DNA of 64,000 nt from Planctomycetota bacterium (GTDB taxonomy: Bacteria; Planctomycetota; Phycisphaerae; WQYP01), in the NCBI GenBank assembly GCA_021810145.1, contig JAJZJL010000004.1:3849-67848 (forward strand). The letters are read 5' to 3'. Made by a program: the position numbers and the translations under genes. Below, one piece after another: positions 50,467 through 61,806 of this stretch. Each line of letters begins with the position of its first letter. The first letter of the stretch is position 1. The notes beneath the pieces are model-generated. The model searched no databases. It saw only the letters and a program-made list of their open reading frames with translations, and was not told where the DNA came from.

Positions 50467-52061
50467 CCAGTATTGTTGCGCCGGTGTTTGTCCGTTCGGT
50501 TGAAACCGCCTTGCCGGTGCTTCAGGCCGCTATTACCCAAGGCGCGGATATGCTTGAACTGCGCTGCGATGAGGCAAGGCGCGAAGTTGTCGAGCAGATT
50601 CTTACCCGGCCCGAGGTGCGATGCAAACCGGTTATTCTGACCATTCGCGCCAAGGCTGAGGGGGGATCGTTTGCGGGGACCGAATCCGAGCGGTTGCAAC
50701 TCATCAGGCACGCCTGCGGCTTGTGCCCCGATTATGTCGATATTGAATATGACACATGGCGGAAGAATCCGGAATTTGCCGGGGAAATTTTGCCGCTGCT
50801 GGCGGCGACGGATGATCCGGCTGAAAAAAAAACAAAATTGATTCTCTCAAATCATGATTTTCTTTCGCGGCCGACCGATTTACATCAACGACTGCTGGAC
50901 ATGGCCGCAACAGCACCGGTACGAATTGTTAAAGCGGCCTACAAAGCCCGGAATCTTACCGATGCATTGGAAGCGCTGCGTTTGTACCGCGAGTTACCAA
51001 AAGCAATCCGGCAATCCCTGGTGATTATTGCCATGGGTGAAGCCGGGATGATAACGAGAATTCTGGCCGCAAAATATAATGCGGCATTCACCTTTGCGGT
51101 TCCAGCAGGCGGTGCAACCACAGCTCCGGGGCAGCCGACAATTCTTGAATTAATTCACACCTGTCGATTCAAGCATCAGCAGCGCGATTGGCCGGTTTAT
51201 GGCGTGGTCGGTTGGCCCGTAGCGCACTCCATCAGTCCGGTGATCCATAATGCCGGCTTTGGTTCCATTGATTTTCCCGGCGTGTATGTGCCTTTGCCAA
51301 TTGAACCGGACTATGAGGCCTTTCGCACTATCGTAACCGCCATGCGCGAACTGCGGGATTTTAATCTTCGTGGACTAAGTGTCACAATTCCGCATAAGGC
51401 CAATGCGGTGCGATATCTGCAAAGCCAAAGCGGTCTGCTGGATGACACCTCAGCTCGCATTGGTGTAATTAATACGCTTTATTTTCCGCAACAGGGGCCA
51501 ATCCGGGGAACCAATTCCGATTGGAGTGGAGCAATTGAAGCCTTGCGTGCCGGCACGAACTGGAGTTTGACCGATCTGGCTCATAAGCGCGTAGCCGTGC
51601 TCGGGGCCGGTGGTGCGGCCAGAGCCATTGTCGCGGGCCTGGCGACATTAGGTTCGACCGTAATTATTTACAACCGGACTCTGAAAAGGGCGCAGGAACT
51701 GGCCCACGAATTTAACGGCAAAACCGGAAGTGTTTCCGCAGCACAGCTCGATGAATTTGGGAACACGCATTGCCATGTGGTTATCAATTGTACCCCAGCC
51801 GGCATGAGCCCTGACGTAAAAGCGATTCCTGTTGATAATATCAGCGCAATTGATTCCTCCATGGTGGTTTTTGATACGGTTTATAATCCGAGGCGAACCC
51901 GCTTTTTGCAGGCTGCGGCGGAAAGGGGGGCCAAAACCATTGAAGGATTGGAAATGCTTTTACGCCAGGCGGTGGTGCAGTTCGAAGGGTTCACCGGCCA
52001 ATCGGCCCCATTGGCCATTATGCGTGTTGCCGCCGAAGCCGCACTGGATCGAAAGTCATAG
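50463..52061 (+). CDS. aroDE: Bifunctional type I 3-dehydroquinate dehydratase / shikimate 5-dehydrogenase (AroD-AroE fusion)
   Basis: N-terminal half is a type I DHQase TIM barrel. C-terminal half has the AroE signature VYGVVGWPVAHSISPVIHNAGF and a Rossmann motif GAGGAARA. ATGA overlap with nfo. Confidence 0.8.
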   Translation: MTSIVAPVFVRSVETALPVLQAAITQGADMLELRCDEARREVVEQILTRPEVRCKPVILTIRAKAEGGSFAGTESERLQLIRHACGLCPDYVDIEYDTWRKNPEFAGEILPLLAATDDPAEKKTKLILSNHDFLSRPTDLHQRLLDMAATAPVRIVKAAYKARNLTDALEALRLYRELPKAIRQSLVIIAMGEAGMITRILAAKYNAAFTFAVPAGGATTAPGQPTILELIHTCRFKHQQRDWPVYGVVGWPVAHSISPVIHNAGFGSIDFPGVYVPLPIEPDYEAFRTIVTAMRELRDFNLRGLSVTIPHKANAVRYLQSQSGLLDDTSARIGVINTLYFPQQGPIRGTNSDWSGAIEALRAGTNWSLTDLAHKRVAVLGAGGAARAIVAGLATLGSTVIIYNRTLKRAQELAHEFNGKTGSVSAAQLDEFGNTHCHVVINCTPAGMSPDVKAIPVDNISAIDSSMVVFDTVYNPRRTRFLQAAAERGAKTIEGLEMLLRQAVVQFEGFTGQSAPLAIMRVAAEAALDRKS

Positions 52062-52215
52062 GTCGGTGTTGGCTATGTGGCTTCCGCGCCATGCGGGCAG
52101 CGAGTCGGATTGATCGCTATTAAAAAAACGTCTTGCCTAAAAAAGCGGCGGCGATAAGCGGGCAAATTTTTATTTGCATTAAAATTAAGCAACGAAATAA
52201 AAATAAAACACCAAT

Positions 52216-52246
52216 TTGACCATCGGCATGCCGCTTGCATTATAAT
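52216..52246 (+). promoter_or_regulatory. Overlapping sigma-54 (-24/-12) and sigma70-like promoter elements upstream of glnN
   Basis: cGGCATgccgcTTGCA at 52224..52239 matches TGGCAC-N5-TTGCW with correct GG-N10-GC spacing. TTGACC (52216) and TATAAT (52241) hexamers are spaced by 19 nt. Confidence 0.4.
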
Positions 52247-52550
52247 CGTGCGGACGGAAATTCTGATGCTTTTATCAGCATTAGGACTTGTAAAATATCG
52301 CTTGTTGCGAAATTTTGCATTCAGGGTATCGGGGAAAGTGCGATTGGAGGGTGTTGAATCCCTGCAATTAAGCCGACGGATCGGAAATGTCTTAAAACGG
52401 GTGCATTTCACGGTTTGTTTCTGAAATCCTGATTGATTGTATTTGCCAGATATGCGGTGTCGGGTAAAATCTCCGCCTTTCCCGGAAGGAGCCGCTTTGT
52501 ATTTACCGGCGGATAATCGTGAGTCACTTTTTTACAGGAGTCTAACAGTT

Positions 52551-54746
52551 ATGGGTGCATCCAATGCTCGTCGTGCGGCGGTTGTCGCATTAACCAATTT
52601 CAGGACCGTTCCTCCACGCGTCAATTTTAAGGACAAGAACGTCAAGGAAATTTTCGCCAGCAATGTATTTAATGAAGAGGTTCAGAGGACTCGACTACCC
52701 AAGCCGGTATTTAAAAAGCTGCAGCAGACGATTAAAAAAGGCCTGGCTCTTGATCCATCGATTGCGGACGTTGTCGCGGCTGCCATGCGCGATTGGGCCG
52801 TTGAGAAAGGCGCTACGCACTATACCCATATTTTTCATCCGCTTACCGGCGTTACCGCTGAGAAGCATGACAGCTTTGTTGCGCCAACCGAAGACGGCGG
52901 GGCGCTGCTTGAATTCTCCGGCAAAGAACTGGTGCAAGGTGAACCGGACGCTTCATCCTTCCCGTCCGGCGGTATCCGCGCCACGTTTGAAGCCCGCGGT
53001 TACACCGCATGGGATCCGACCAGCCCGGCATACATTCTCGAAAATCCCAACGGTACAGCTTTGGTCATTCCAACCGCGTTTGTATCCTGGACCGGTGAAG
53101 CGCTGGATGAAAAAACGCCGCTGCTGCGATCCATGGAAGCTCTTTCAAATCAGGCAATGCGCGTTTTGAAACTTTTCGGCAATCATACCGCCACCAAGGT
53201 GTTCACCACTGTCGGTCCGGAACAGGAATATTTCCTGATTGATCGCAATTTCTATTTCGCCCGTCCCGATCTTATTAATGCCGGTCGTACGCTCTTCGGT
53301 GCCAAGCCACCCAAGGGCCAGGAAATGGAAGACCATTATTTTGGCAGCATTCCAGAACGTGTTCTGGCCTGCATGCTGGAAGTCGAGCAGGAACTTTACA
53401 AACTCGGCGTGCCGGTCAAAACCCGCCATAATGAAGTGGCTCCGGCGCAATATGAAATTGCTCCGATTTATGAAAACAGCAACCTTGCGCATGATCATCA
53501 GATGCTCACGATGGAAACGCTCCGTCGCGTGGCTGAAAAATATGGCCTGGCGTGTCTGCTTCATGAAAAACCGTTTGCGGGGGTCAACGGTTCCGGTAAA
53601 CACAACAACTGGTCCATGGCCACCGATACCGGTGAAAACCTTCTGAACCCTGGCGAAACACCGCATGAAAATGCCCAGTTCCTGGTATTTTGTGCCGCGG
53701 TCATCCGGGCGGTAAATAAACATGCCGCATTGCTGCGGGTAGCAATTGCCTCGGCCGGCAATGACCATCGTTTGGGTGCCAATGAAGCTCCGCCGGCGAT
53801 TATCTCCATATATCTTGGTGACCAATTGCAGGATATCATCACGCAGATCGAAGCCGGTGGCGCCAAGAGCACCAAAAAAGGCGGCCACATGGAAGTTGGC
53901 GTGACGGTACTTCCCAAGCTCCCGCGCGATGCCGGAGATCGGAACCGCACCTCGCCATTCGCGTTTACCGGTAATAAATTTGAGTTCCGGGCGGTATCTT
54001 CCGGTCAGTCCATTGCCACGCCCAACACGGTTCTCAATACCATCGTCGCGGAATCACTGGATTATCTTGCCGGAAAACTTGAAGCCGACCACAAGGCCGG
54101 CAAGGATTTCAACAAGTCCGTTCAGGAACTTCTCGCCGCGGTTATCAAAGAGAACAAGGGCGTGATTTTTAACGGTAATGGCTATTCGGAAGAATGGCAT
54201 AAAGAAGCCGAAAAGCGTGGTCTGCCGAATTTGAAAACCACGGTTGACGCGGTTCCTCATCTGATTTCCAAAGAAGCCATCGAGCTTTTCGGTAAGTACA
54301 AGGTGCTTACGGAGCGCGAAGTACACAGCCGCTATGAAATCTATCTTGAAAAATACATCAAGACGATCAACATCGAAGTGCAGATGACCACGGTGATCGC
54401 CAAGACCATGATTATTCCCGCGGCGATGGAATATCAGAAAAATGTTGCAAAATCCATCGGTGCCGCCAAGTCGGCCGGTGTTCCGGCGGCATCTTTGGCT
54501 GAACAGGAAAAAATGCTCGCCGATCTCTCTGCTTCCATCAGTGATATGCAGAAGAAAACCGAGGCGCTTACACGTCAGTCCGAGCACCATGCTGCCGGCG
54601 ATACGCTTTCCCACGCCAAGCATTCTCTGGATAAATTGATTCCGGCAATGAATGCTGTGCGCCAAGCGGGTGATCACTTGGAAACAATTGTTTCCGATGA
54701 TCTCTGGCCGCTGCCGACCTATCGGGAAATGCTGTTTATCAAGTAA
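52551..54746 (+). CDS. glnN: glutamine synthetase type III
   Basis: ~731 aa. N-terminal region ...[15 protein letters not shown]. Central GS catalytic domain. Length and architecture fit GSIII. aggag RBS before MGASNA. Confidence 0.85.
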   Translation: MGASNARRAAVVALTNFRTVPPRVNFKDKNVKEIFASNVFNEEVQRTRLPKPVFKKLQQTIKKGLALDPSIADVVAAAMRDWAVEKGATHYTHIFHPLTGVTAEKHDSFVAPTEDGGALLEFSGKELVQGEPDASSFPSGGIRATFEARGYTAWDPTSPAYILENPNGTALVIPTAFVSWTGEALDEKTPLLRSMEALSNQAMRVLKLFGNHTATKVFTTVGPEQEYFLIDRNFYFARPDLINAGRTLFGAKPPKGQEMEDHYFGSIPERVLACMLEVEQELYKLGVPVKTRHNEVAPAQYEIAPIYENSNLAHDHQMLTMETLRRVAEKYGLACLLHEKPFAGVNGSGKHNNWSMATDTGENLLNPGETPHENAQFLVFCAAVIRAVNKHAALLRVAIASAGNDHRLGANEAPPAIISIYLGDQLQDIITQIEAGGAKSTKKGGHMEVGVTVLPKLPRDAGDRNRTSPFAFTGNKFEFRAVSSGQSIATPNTVLNTIVAESLDYLAGKLEADHKAGKDFNKSVQELLAAVIKENKGVIFNGNGYSEEWHKEAEKRGLPNLKTTVDAVPHLISKEAIELFGKYKVLTEREVHSRYEIYLEKYIKTINIEVQMTTVIAKTMIIPAAMEYQKNVAKSIGAAKSAGVPAASLAEQEKMLADLSASISDMQKKTEALTRQSEHHAAGDTLSHAKHSLDKLIPAMNAVRQAGDHLETIVSDDLWPLPTYREMLFIK

Positions 54747-54776
54747 AACATCGGTAATGGTGTTATAAAAATCAGA

Positions 54777-54812
54777 GGGGGCGATCCGTTCGGGTCGCCC
54801 CCTTTTTTTTTA
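54777..54812. terminator. Bidirectional rho-independent terminator between convergent glnN and PAP2 gene
   Basis: Stem gggggcgatcc/ggatcgccccc-like hairpin (gggggcgatccgttcgggtcgccccc) followed by T10. Confidence 0.8.
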
Positions 54813-54843
54813 TTTCCATCGCAGAGACATTTAAAATCGGGAA

Positions 54844-55560
54844 TTATCGATCCATTTGATTATCCGTAAAAATCCACTGCTGCCAGGGTTTGGGCAATAC
54901 CGCAATAAAGCGCCCCGGCCAACTCCATGTCAGTACACTTCGCACAATGGTCACCGCCAGTAAACCGCCGGCGATGACATCCGACGGGTAATGATCATGC
55001 CGGATGACCCGTTGGAATGCGACATCCAGAGCCAATCCATAAAACAATGCCCGTCCGCGCGGATAAAACCAGGAAAGCCCCGCCGCCAGAGCGAATGCAC
55101 CGCTGGTATGCGCGCTGGGGAAGGATTGGTAGGTCGCTGAAGAAAAGCCATACGCGGGGCCGAAAAAGCCGTACTTGCCCTGCGTAAGTACCCAAGGCCT
55201 GGCTCTACCGCAGAGTCCCTTAATCAGATAGCACATTGCCACAGCGCAAAGGCAACCCACCGCTAAAGCAATGGCCTTTTTCCGCCCTTGTTTGTCTAAA
55301 AGTGCCACCGCGATAATCACCAGCACGGAGCATGTCCATTGCCCCCACTGCATGAGCATTAACATTTCGAGGTTGATATCCGATTTAAATTTGATCGGAT
55401 TTCCAATCGCCCATTGCCCCACGGGCTTGTCAATGACGAATGCAATGGCGATTGCAATCAATACCACCAGAAATTTGGCCCAACGCGGCCACTTTGAATC
55501 GAAATATATGGGGGCGGGATGCCGCCAGAGTGTTGGAACGTCACCATTGGATAAATCCAT
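54844..55560 (-). CDS. PAP2 family phosphatase (membrane)
   Basis: KxxxxxxRP, PSGH (FPSAHTSG) and SRxxxxxHxxxD (VIRHDHYPSD) motifs. Multiple TM helices. Confidence 0.8.
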   Translation of the reverse strand: MDLSNGDVPTLWRHPAPIYFDSKWPRWAKFLVVLIAIAIAFVIDKPVGQWAIGNPIKFKSDINLEMLMLMQWGQWTCSVLVIIAVALLDKQGRKKAIALAVGCLCAVAMCYLIKGLCGRARPWVLTQGKYGFFGPAYGFSSATYQSFPSAHTSGAFALAAGLSWFYPRGRALFYGLALDVAFQRVIRHDHYPSDVIAGGLLAVTIVRSVLTWSWPGRFIAVLPKPWQQWIFTDNQMDR

Positions 55561-56042
55561 TTAAAAGCGTCTCCTGTACGGGGCAGCGGTACGCACCGCA
55601 GTATCAAAGGCGTGATAACGTTTTAATCCGCGGTTGTCAATATTTGTGTAATTTTCGCTATGGGTTATAATATGCAGTTCCAGATTCGGGACGAGTGGCG
55701 TTTCCGTGCTGGAGGCCGGTAGTTTATTCAGGTGCGTAGCGTTATGCATGCTATTGAGCTGAATTATGTTGCAGCGTGAGGATTACAACCTCCCGCTGCT
55801 GCGGTGTACCCGGCTGCAGTTCACCATGATGGTGGGTCTGCAAGGTTGACATTTCAAATGTGTCTTGAACCTTGATTTAGATCACACCGGAGATGGTGTG
55901 ACGGCGCTGTTTACAGCTGAGGTACAGCCGGAGATCGCTTTAAACCGGCGATGTTTTGCCGCGCTGAGTGTTGGTACGTTGAGTTCCGTACGAGCAACGC
56001 CAGAACGGCCCGAATTTCGCATAAATTGAGGTCACAGTCAGT

Positions 56043-57389
56043 ATGAATCAGGAACTGCTTAGAATTGTAGATTCCATCGCTCGCGATAAAAATATTGAGA
56101 AGGAATCGATTTTCAATGATATTGAGATGTCCCTGCATTCCGCAGCGCGCAAGTTTTACGGCGAGGCGGAGGATGTGGCCTGTACGATTGACCGCATGAC
56201 CGGTGACATCCAAGTCAATAAAAATGGCACGCTCATTGACTACCGCGAATTTGGCCGTATCGCCGCACAAACCGCAAAGCAGGTTCTGATACAGAAAATT
56301 CGTGAAGATGAGCGCGGCAGCATTCTTGAAGAATTTGCCGATCGGCAGGGGCAGATTATCACCGGTACCGTGGCCCGGGCCGAAGGAACTGCATTATCCG
56401 TAAATTTGGGACGCTGCGAAGGGTTCCTGCCCAAAAGTGAACAAATTCCGGGTGAAACCCATCATGTGGGCGAACGTATACGTTGCCTGGTTCTGGAAGT
56501 ACGCGATGTTGGCAACCACGTCAAAATTGTATTATCCAGATCGCACCCGGATTTCATTCGCCGGCTCTTCGAATTGGAAGTTCCCGAGGTTCAGGAAAAA
56601 ATTATTGAAGTGAAAGCCCTGGCGCGCGAGGCCGGCTACCGAACCAAGATTGCCGTATCATCCATTGATACCAAAGTTGACTGTGTTGGTGCGTGTGTGG
56701 GTGTTCGCGGCAGCCGCATTAAAAATATTGTTGATGAACTTGGTGGCGAAAAAATTGACATCGTTCGCTGGAATGAGTCGTCGCAGGTATTGATCACCAA
56801 TTCATTAAAGCCGGCGGAAATCGTCGAAATTTCCCTGAATTTTGAACTTGGCCGCGCTACGGTTGTGGTCAATGAAACGCAGCTTTCTCTGGCCATCGGT
56901 AAACGCGGACAAAACGTCCGTCTGGCCGCCCGCCTGACCGGCTGGGATATCGATATTCTCACGCCAACCGAATACAGCAAAGGGTTGGATGATCTTGAAA
57001 AAGCCATGCGAACCATTGAAGGCGTGGATGATAAATTTATTGATCGTCTTGTGGCGCTGGGTATTATTGACCTGCGCGATCTTCAGGAAGTCGGTTTTGA
57101 GCCGCTGGTGAAAGAACTGGAGCTTTCCGAAGAACTTGCCCGAAAAGTTATTGAAGTTGGCCGCGAAGCCGGCAAGCGTATTGAGGAAGAAGAAAAGGCT
57201 CGGAAGATTGCGGACGCCAATGCGGCCAATCAAGAGGCGTTACCCGCCGAGGGTGATGCAACTTCTGGTCAATCGGAGTCAGAGACTGCGGCAGAACCTA
57301 TTGAACCGACGGCTCATGCCGAAACCGCGCCAACCGATGCGCCGGCAGTGGATGCGTCGGAACCGACGGAACCGGCGTCGTCGAATTAA
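56043..57389 (+). CDS. nusA: transcription termination/antitermination factor NusA
   Basis: N-terminal domain, S1 and two KH domains. Acidic C-terminal repeats. Confidence 0.9.
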   Translation: MNQELLRIVDSIARDKNIEKESIFNDIEMSLHSAARKFYGEAEDVACTIDRMTGDIQVNKNGTLIDYREFGRIAAQTAKQVLIQKIREDERGSILEEFADRQGQIITGTVARAEGTALSVNLGRCEGFLPKSEQIPGETHHVGERIRCLVLEVRDVGNHVKIVLSRSHPDFIRRLFELEVPEVQEKIIEVKALAREAGYRTKIAVSSIDTKVDCVGACVGVRGSRIKNIVDELGGEKIDIVRWNESSQVLITNSLKPAEIVEISLNFELGRATVVVNETQLSLAIGKRGQNVRLAARLTGWDIDILTPTEYSKGLDDLEKAMRTIEGVDDKFIDRLVALGIIDLRDLQEVGFEPLVKELELSEELARKVIEVGREAGKRIEEEEKARKIADANAANQEALPAEGDATSGQSESETAAEPIEPTAHAETAPTDAPAVDASEPTEPASSN

Positions 57390-57411
57390 CTAGACGCCAG
57401 CGCGGCCCAGG

Positions 57412-60400
57412 ATGGCTGTAAAGGTCGTCCGGCGTTCGGCTTTACGGGAGTTTTCATTGCGACCACAGAAAGTATTCCAGATTGCACGCGAACTTGGCGT
57501 TGACAGCAAAGCTATCATTGCCAAATGTGAAGCGGAAGGTGTTCCCAAGATTGACAGCCACCTCAGTGTGGTCAGCGTCGGTCTTGCCGCCACTATTCGG
57601 GAATGGTTCAGCGCCACTTCCCCAACCACCGCAGTTGAACGTACCGCCCATGTCGATGTCGAAAAAGTGAAAAAGACGCGCGTGGGTCGGCCCAAGTCAA
57701 CCGATGGCACCGCTCGCAAGCCGGGGCGTCGCGGGCGCAAAGCGGCCGCATCAGCCGAAACTGCTGTTGTCGAGCAAACGGCGGCAGACGGCGGTGTTGC
57801 GGTCAAAACGGCGGAGCAGTCCGACCAGCCTTTGGCCGAAGAAGCCACCGAAGTTTCCACAGCGGGCGGTAGCCCAACTGGAACGGATATTTTAGAGCCG
57901 GAATCTCAGCGGCCCGCCCGCGAATCCGATCAGGCTAAAACCGTTGCCCCCGATACCCATAAGACCCGGGAACCGGAGAAATCCGAAACCGAAACCACAG
58001 CAAAACAACCGTCGCCGGAAGTATCGGGTGGCGCGGCTGTAGCCGTGCCGGTGCCGCCCGCCGCTCCGGTGGTGCCTGCGGCTGGAATTCCAGCGGCTCC
58101 TGTGGCCCCGGTAGTCCCGGTTAAGCCAGTCAAGCCGGTGGTGAAAGTCGTGCCGCGCGGGATTCCCAATGTGGTAGCCAAACCTGTCGTTACACCGGTA
58201 GGGCCGCGCAATGTACCGACCCCGGCGCAGTTGCAGGGGCCTAAAGTCGTACGTGTTGAAGCGCCGGAGCCGGTTTCCGCTCCGCGTCCGCGTCCACGCC
58301 CGGCACCGGGTCCATCATCCGGCCCCATGATGGATCGTCAGCCATCAAGCGGCGGATTCTCCGGACGCAACAAGGGGCGGCATCAAACCGAACGCAATCC
58401 CGATGAAGAAGAAGGGCATTCACCGCGACGCAAGGGTGGGCGAAATGCCCGTAATGCGTTTGGCCGTAGTGCCGATGCCGGGTCGGAACTTGCCGCCGGA
58501 TATTGGACCGATGCGGATCTCGTTGACCGTGCCGAGCGTCTGGCCTCCGCAACCGGCGGAAAACTTCGCGCCCATCGGCGAGCCTTGAATAAATCACAGC
58601 AGCGTGAGCAGAGCGCTCATGTTGAATATCAGCGACCCAGTTCCATTTCCGTGACGCCACCGGTAACGGCGCGGGAACTTTCGGAATTGCTGGGTGTCAA
58701 AGCCGGTGACCTGCTTAAAAAGCTCATGGAGCAGGGCACGATGGTGACCGTTAATCAGCCCATTGATGTGGCCGCCGCACAATTGCTGGCGCTGGATTAT
58801 GGTGTTGAACTGCTGATCAAAGAAAAAGAATCGCTGTTTGCCGCCCTTGAACGGCAGTATGCGGAAAAGGAACTGGCTGCTGAAAAATCGCCCCGGCCGC
58901 CAATCGTTACGGTACTGGGCCATGTCGATCATGGAAAGACCAGTCTGCTGGATAAGATTCGTTCCAGTAACGTCGCCGCGGGTGAGGCTGGCGGTATCAC
59001 ACAGCATATCGGTGCCTATACCGTTACTATTACCGGTTCGGACGGCAAGGCCAAACGCGTTACGTTCCTTGATACGCCGGGACACCAGGCCTTTACGGCC
59101 ATGCGGGCCCGCGGTGCCAATGTCACCGACGTTGTGGTCTTGGTTGTGGCGGCGGATGATGGCGTGATGCCGCAGACGGTTGAGTCCATCAGCCATGCCA
59201 AAGCAGCCAATGTGCCGATCGTTGTGGCATTGAATAAAATTGATAAGCCTGAAGCCAATGCCAACCGGGTATTGGGGCAACTCGCTGAGCAGGGACTCAA
59301 TCCGGCGGAATGGGGCGGCGATGTTGAAGTGGTCCGTACCAGCGCGGTTACGGGTTCAGGCGTCAAGGAATTGATCGAATATCTCGATTACGTCGCTACA
59401 TTGCGTGAATTAAAAGCCGCAACCGATATGCCGGCACGCGGTTCGGTGGTTGAAGCCTTTATGGATCCGCTGCGCGGTGTCGTGGCACGGGTTATCGTGC
59501 GCAACGGCACATTGCGGGTCGGCGATTCCATCGTTTGCGGTCCGTCCTCCGGCCGGGTGCGTCAATTGCTTGATGATAAGGGGCACAGCATAACCGAGGC
59601 CGGCCCGGCAATGCCGGTGGAAGTCATCGGGCTGGACAATGTTCCCGTCGGCGGTGATTCGATGTACGTTGTCGATGATCCGGCGCAGGCCAAAGCCATT
59701 GCGCAGCAGCGTGCGCAGATGGATCGTGAAAATGAGATCGCGCGTCGGCATAAAGTCACGTTGGATAATCTCTTTGATACCATCAAGCGCGATAAAGTCA
59801 GAGAACTCAATATGATTCTCAAGGCCGACGTGCAGGGATCCGTGGATGTCTTGAAAAAGACCATGACCGAAGAACTTTCCGATGAGGTGCAGGTTAAACT
59901 GCTTCATGCCGCCGTGGGCGGTATAACCGAAAGTGATGTGCTTCTGGCGGATGCTTCCGGTGCCATTATAGTGGGTTTCTCAGTGGTGCCCGATGAATCG
60001 GCTCGCAAACTTGCCGAACAATTGCGGGTTGAAATACGGCTGTATCGGGTGATTTATGAAATTACCGATGACATTCGCAAGGCGCTGGGTGGCATGTTAT
60101 CTCCTGAGCAGCAGGAGCAATCGATGGGGCATGCGGAAATTCGGCAGGTGATTCGAGTTGGCCGTCTGGGCAATATTGCCGGCTGCATGGTTACCGATGG
60201 CATCCTGCATCGCAGCAATAAATATCGCCTGATTCGTGATGGCGTGGTGGTGGTGGAAAATCTCGCTTTGGAATCGCTCAAGCGTTTCAAGGATGATGTG
60301 CGCGAAGTTCGCGGCGGGTTGGAATGCGGTCTTAAGCTGGTCGGATACGACGATATTAAAATCGGAGATCGGCTTGAAGCGTATAAGACCGTGGATGTTG

Positions 60401-60414
60401 CCCGAACGTTGTAA
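57412..60414 (+). CDS. infB: translation initiation factor IF-2
   Basis: IF2_N helix-turn ([24 protein letters not shown]). Long Pro/Ala-rich linker. G domain [23 protein letters not shown]. Confidence 0.95.
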   Translation: MAVKVVRRSALREFSLRPQKVFQIARELGVDSKAIIAKCEAEGVPKIDSHLSVVSVGLAATIREWFSATSPTTAVERTAHVDVEKVKKTRVGRPKSTDGTARKPGRRGRKAAASAETAVVEQTAADGGVAVKTAEQSDQPLAEEATEVSTAGGSPTGTDILEPESQRPARESDQAKTVAPDTHKTREPEKSETETTAKQPSPEVSGGAAVAVPVPPAAPVVPAAGIPAAPVAPVVPVKPVKPVVKVVPRGIPNVVAKPVVTPVGPRNVPTPAQLQGPKVVRVEAPEPVSAPRPRPRPAPGPSSGPMMDRQPSSGGFSGRNKGRHQTERNPDEEEGHSPRRKGGRNARNAFGRSADAGSELAAGYWTDADLVDRAERLASATGGKLRAHRRALNKSQQREQSAHVEYQRPSSISVTPPVTARELSELLGVKAGDLLKKLMEQGTMVTVNQPIDVAAAQLLALDYGVELLIKEKESLFAALERQYAEKELAAEKSPRPPIVTVLGHVDHGKTSLLDKIRSSNVAAGEAGGITQHIGAYTVTITGSDGKAKRVTFLDTPGHQAFTAMRARGANVTDVVVLVVAADDGVMPQTVESISHAKAANVPIVVALNKIDKPEANANRVLGQLAEQGLNPAEWGGDVEVVRTSAVTGSGVKELIEYLDYVATLRELKAATDMPARGSVVEAFMDPLRGVVARVIVRNGTLRVGDSIVCGPSSGRVRQLLDDKGHSITEAGPAMPVEVIGLDNVPVGGDSMYVVDDPAQAKAIAQQRAQMDRENEIARRHKVTLDNLFDTIKRDKVRELNMILKADVQGSVDVLKKTMTEELSDEVQVKLLHAAVGGITESDVLLADASGAIIVGFSVVPDESARKLAEQLRVEIRLYRVIYEITDDIRKALGGMLSPEQQEQSMGHAEIRQVIRVGRLGNIAGCMVTDGILHRSNKYRLIRDGVVVVENLALESLKRFKDDVREVRGGLECGLKLVGYDDIKIGDRLEAYKTVDVARTL

Positions 60415-60507
60415 TACCCTCCGGGGTTTGGCGTTCAATTCAGTGTGGGTTCGTGTGGCCCGCTTGGAGACGCAATATTCGTACATGGCGAAGCGGAAAT
60501 TGATCCG

Positions 60508-60912
60508 ATGAGTATCAGACAGCAGAAAATTGAATCCCAGGTTCGCCGTCTGGTCAGTGAAGCGATATTGCGGGAGCTATCCGATCCGCGTATCAGCGGA
60601 TTGCTTAGCGTTACGCGCGTTAAAGTATCGCCGGATCTGCGCGAAGCCCGCGTTTATGTCAGTATTTTATCAGATCGATCGGAATCGACGGTCATGAGCG
60701 GACTGATTTCCGCGCGCGGCGTGATTCAAAAGCACGTTGCCAACGGTATGAATATCCGATATGCCCCGCGACTGTCGTTCGAGCTTGATGAATCATTAAA
60801 ACGCCAGGCCGAAGTGCTCAAGGCTCTGGATTCGGCGGTACATAATGAGCATGGTAACACCATCGGCGGGCCGGAAATCCCCTCCGATGAAACTCCCGAT
60901 CGTAACACTTGA
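60508..60912 (+). CDS. rbfA: ribosome-binding factor A
   Basis: KH-like RbfA pattern RVKVSPDLREARVYVS. Confidence 0.85.
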   Translation: MSIRQQKIESQVRRLVSEAILRELSDPRISGLLSVTRVKVSPDLREARVYVSILSDRSESTVMSGLISARGVIQKHVANGMNIRYAPRLSFELDESLKRQAEVLKALDSAVHNEHGNTIGGPEIPSDETPDRNT

Positions 60913-60925
60913 TGATGAGGTTCCC

Positions 60926-61738
60926 ATGAATAAATCGGGTCCCAACCAGGACACGCTGAACAAGATTATCAAGCGGCTGATCAAGGCCGCGCCGTCCGGA
61001 CATCACGAAAAGCTTGAGCCTCTGGCTCGCCTTGTCCGGGCATTTCTGGAATTCGATTGTGATTCCAACCGATTGCTCGCCGCCGAGGCGCGCATCATGA
61101 GTTCCGTTGTTGATTTCAACGAACTGCGTGTCACACCCGCAATTGAGCTGGCCGCCGCGTTGGGCGTGCGCTACCCATTTGCCGAAGCTCGTTGTGCCAT
61201 GCTCCATCGCACACTTCAATCCATTTTCGACCGGGAACATCAGATGAGTCTTGATGGCCTGCATGGCATGAAAAAAGCCGATATTCGCAAATATCTGCAG
61301 ACGCTTGCCGGTATGAATCCATACGTTGAAGCGGTTGTGGCTCTGGAATGTTTTGATGTTGCCGCCGCGCCCGTTGATACAAAGCTGCAACTTTGGCTGA
61401 TCAGCAAAGATTGCTTCCCCGCCGAAATCAGCCTGCCGGAAATGCAGCATATTCTTGAAAAGCACATCCGTGCCGCGGATATGTTGAAATTTCATCATGG
61501 CGTCCGCAAGGAAATTGATGATTGGGCACCCCGGGTCTGGCCCAAGGCCGCGAAAATTCCTTCTCCCATGCTGGCACCGCCCGCGGTCAATGCCTCGACT
61601 ACGACTCCTCCGGCCAAGCCGCCAGTTGAGGCACCGGCCGCCAATCATGCGCCAGCCAAGGCGGCATCAGCTAAATCCGCAGGCCATACAGTCAAACATT
61701 CGGGCAAAGGCAAGCACCATGCCAACAAAGGTAAGTAG
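60926..61738 (+). CDS. Hypothetical protein with C-terminal Ala/Pro/Lys-rich tail (occupies the position usually held by truB)
   Basis: ORF in a different frame from rbfA. Start placed at the MNKSGP Met after the rbfA stop. No recognisable motif. Confidence 0.4.
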   Translation: MNKSGPNQDTLNKIIKRLIKAAPSGHHEKLEPLARLVRAFLEFDCDSNRLLAAEARIMSSVVDFNELRVTPAIELAAALGVRYPFAEARCAMLHRTLQSIFDREHQMSLDGLHGMKKADIRKYLQTLAGMNPYVEAVVALECFDVAAAPVDTKLQLWLISKDCFPAEISLPEMQHILEKHIRAADMLKFHHGVRKEIDDWAPRVWPKAAKIPSPMLAPPAVNASTTTPPAKPPVEAPAANHAPAKAASAKSAGHTVKHSGKGKHHANKGK

Positions 61739-61806
61739 ATCATTACCTGATACTGACAGGGACATCTACATCATACAACCTCTTCCTGATTGATCTGGAG
61801 TTATAC

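Noticed and set aside
55911-56270. 119-aa minus-strand ORF overlapping the nusA start.
   Set aside because: It overlaps the well-supported nusA N-terminus on the opposite strand with no RBS. A missing rimP upstream of nusA was considered, but no plus-strand ORF exists there.
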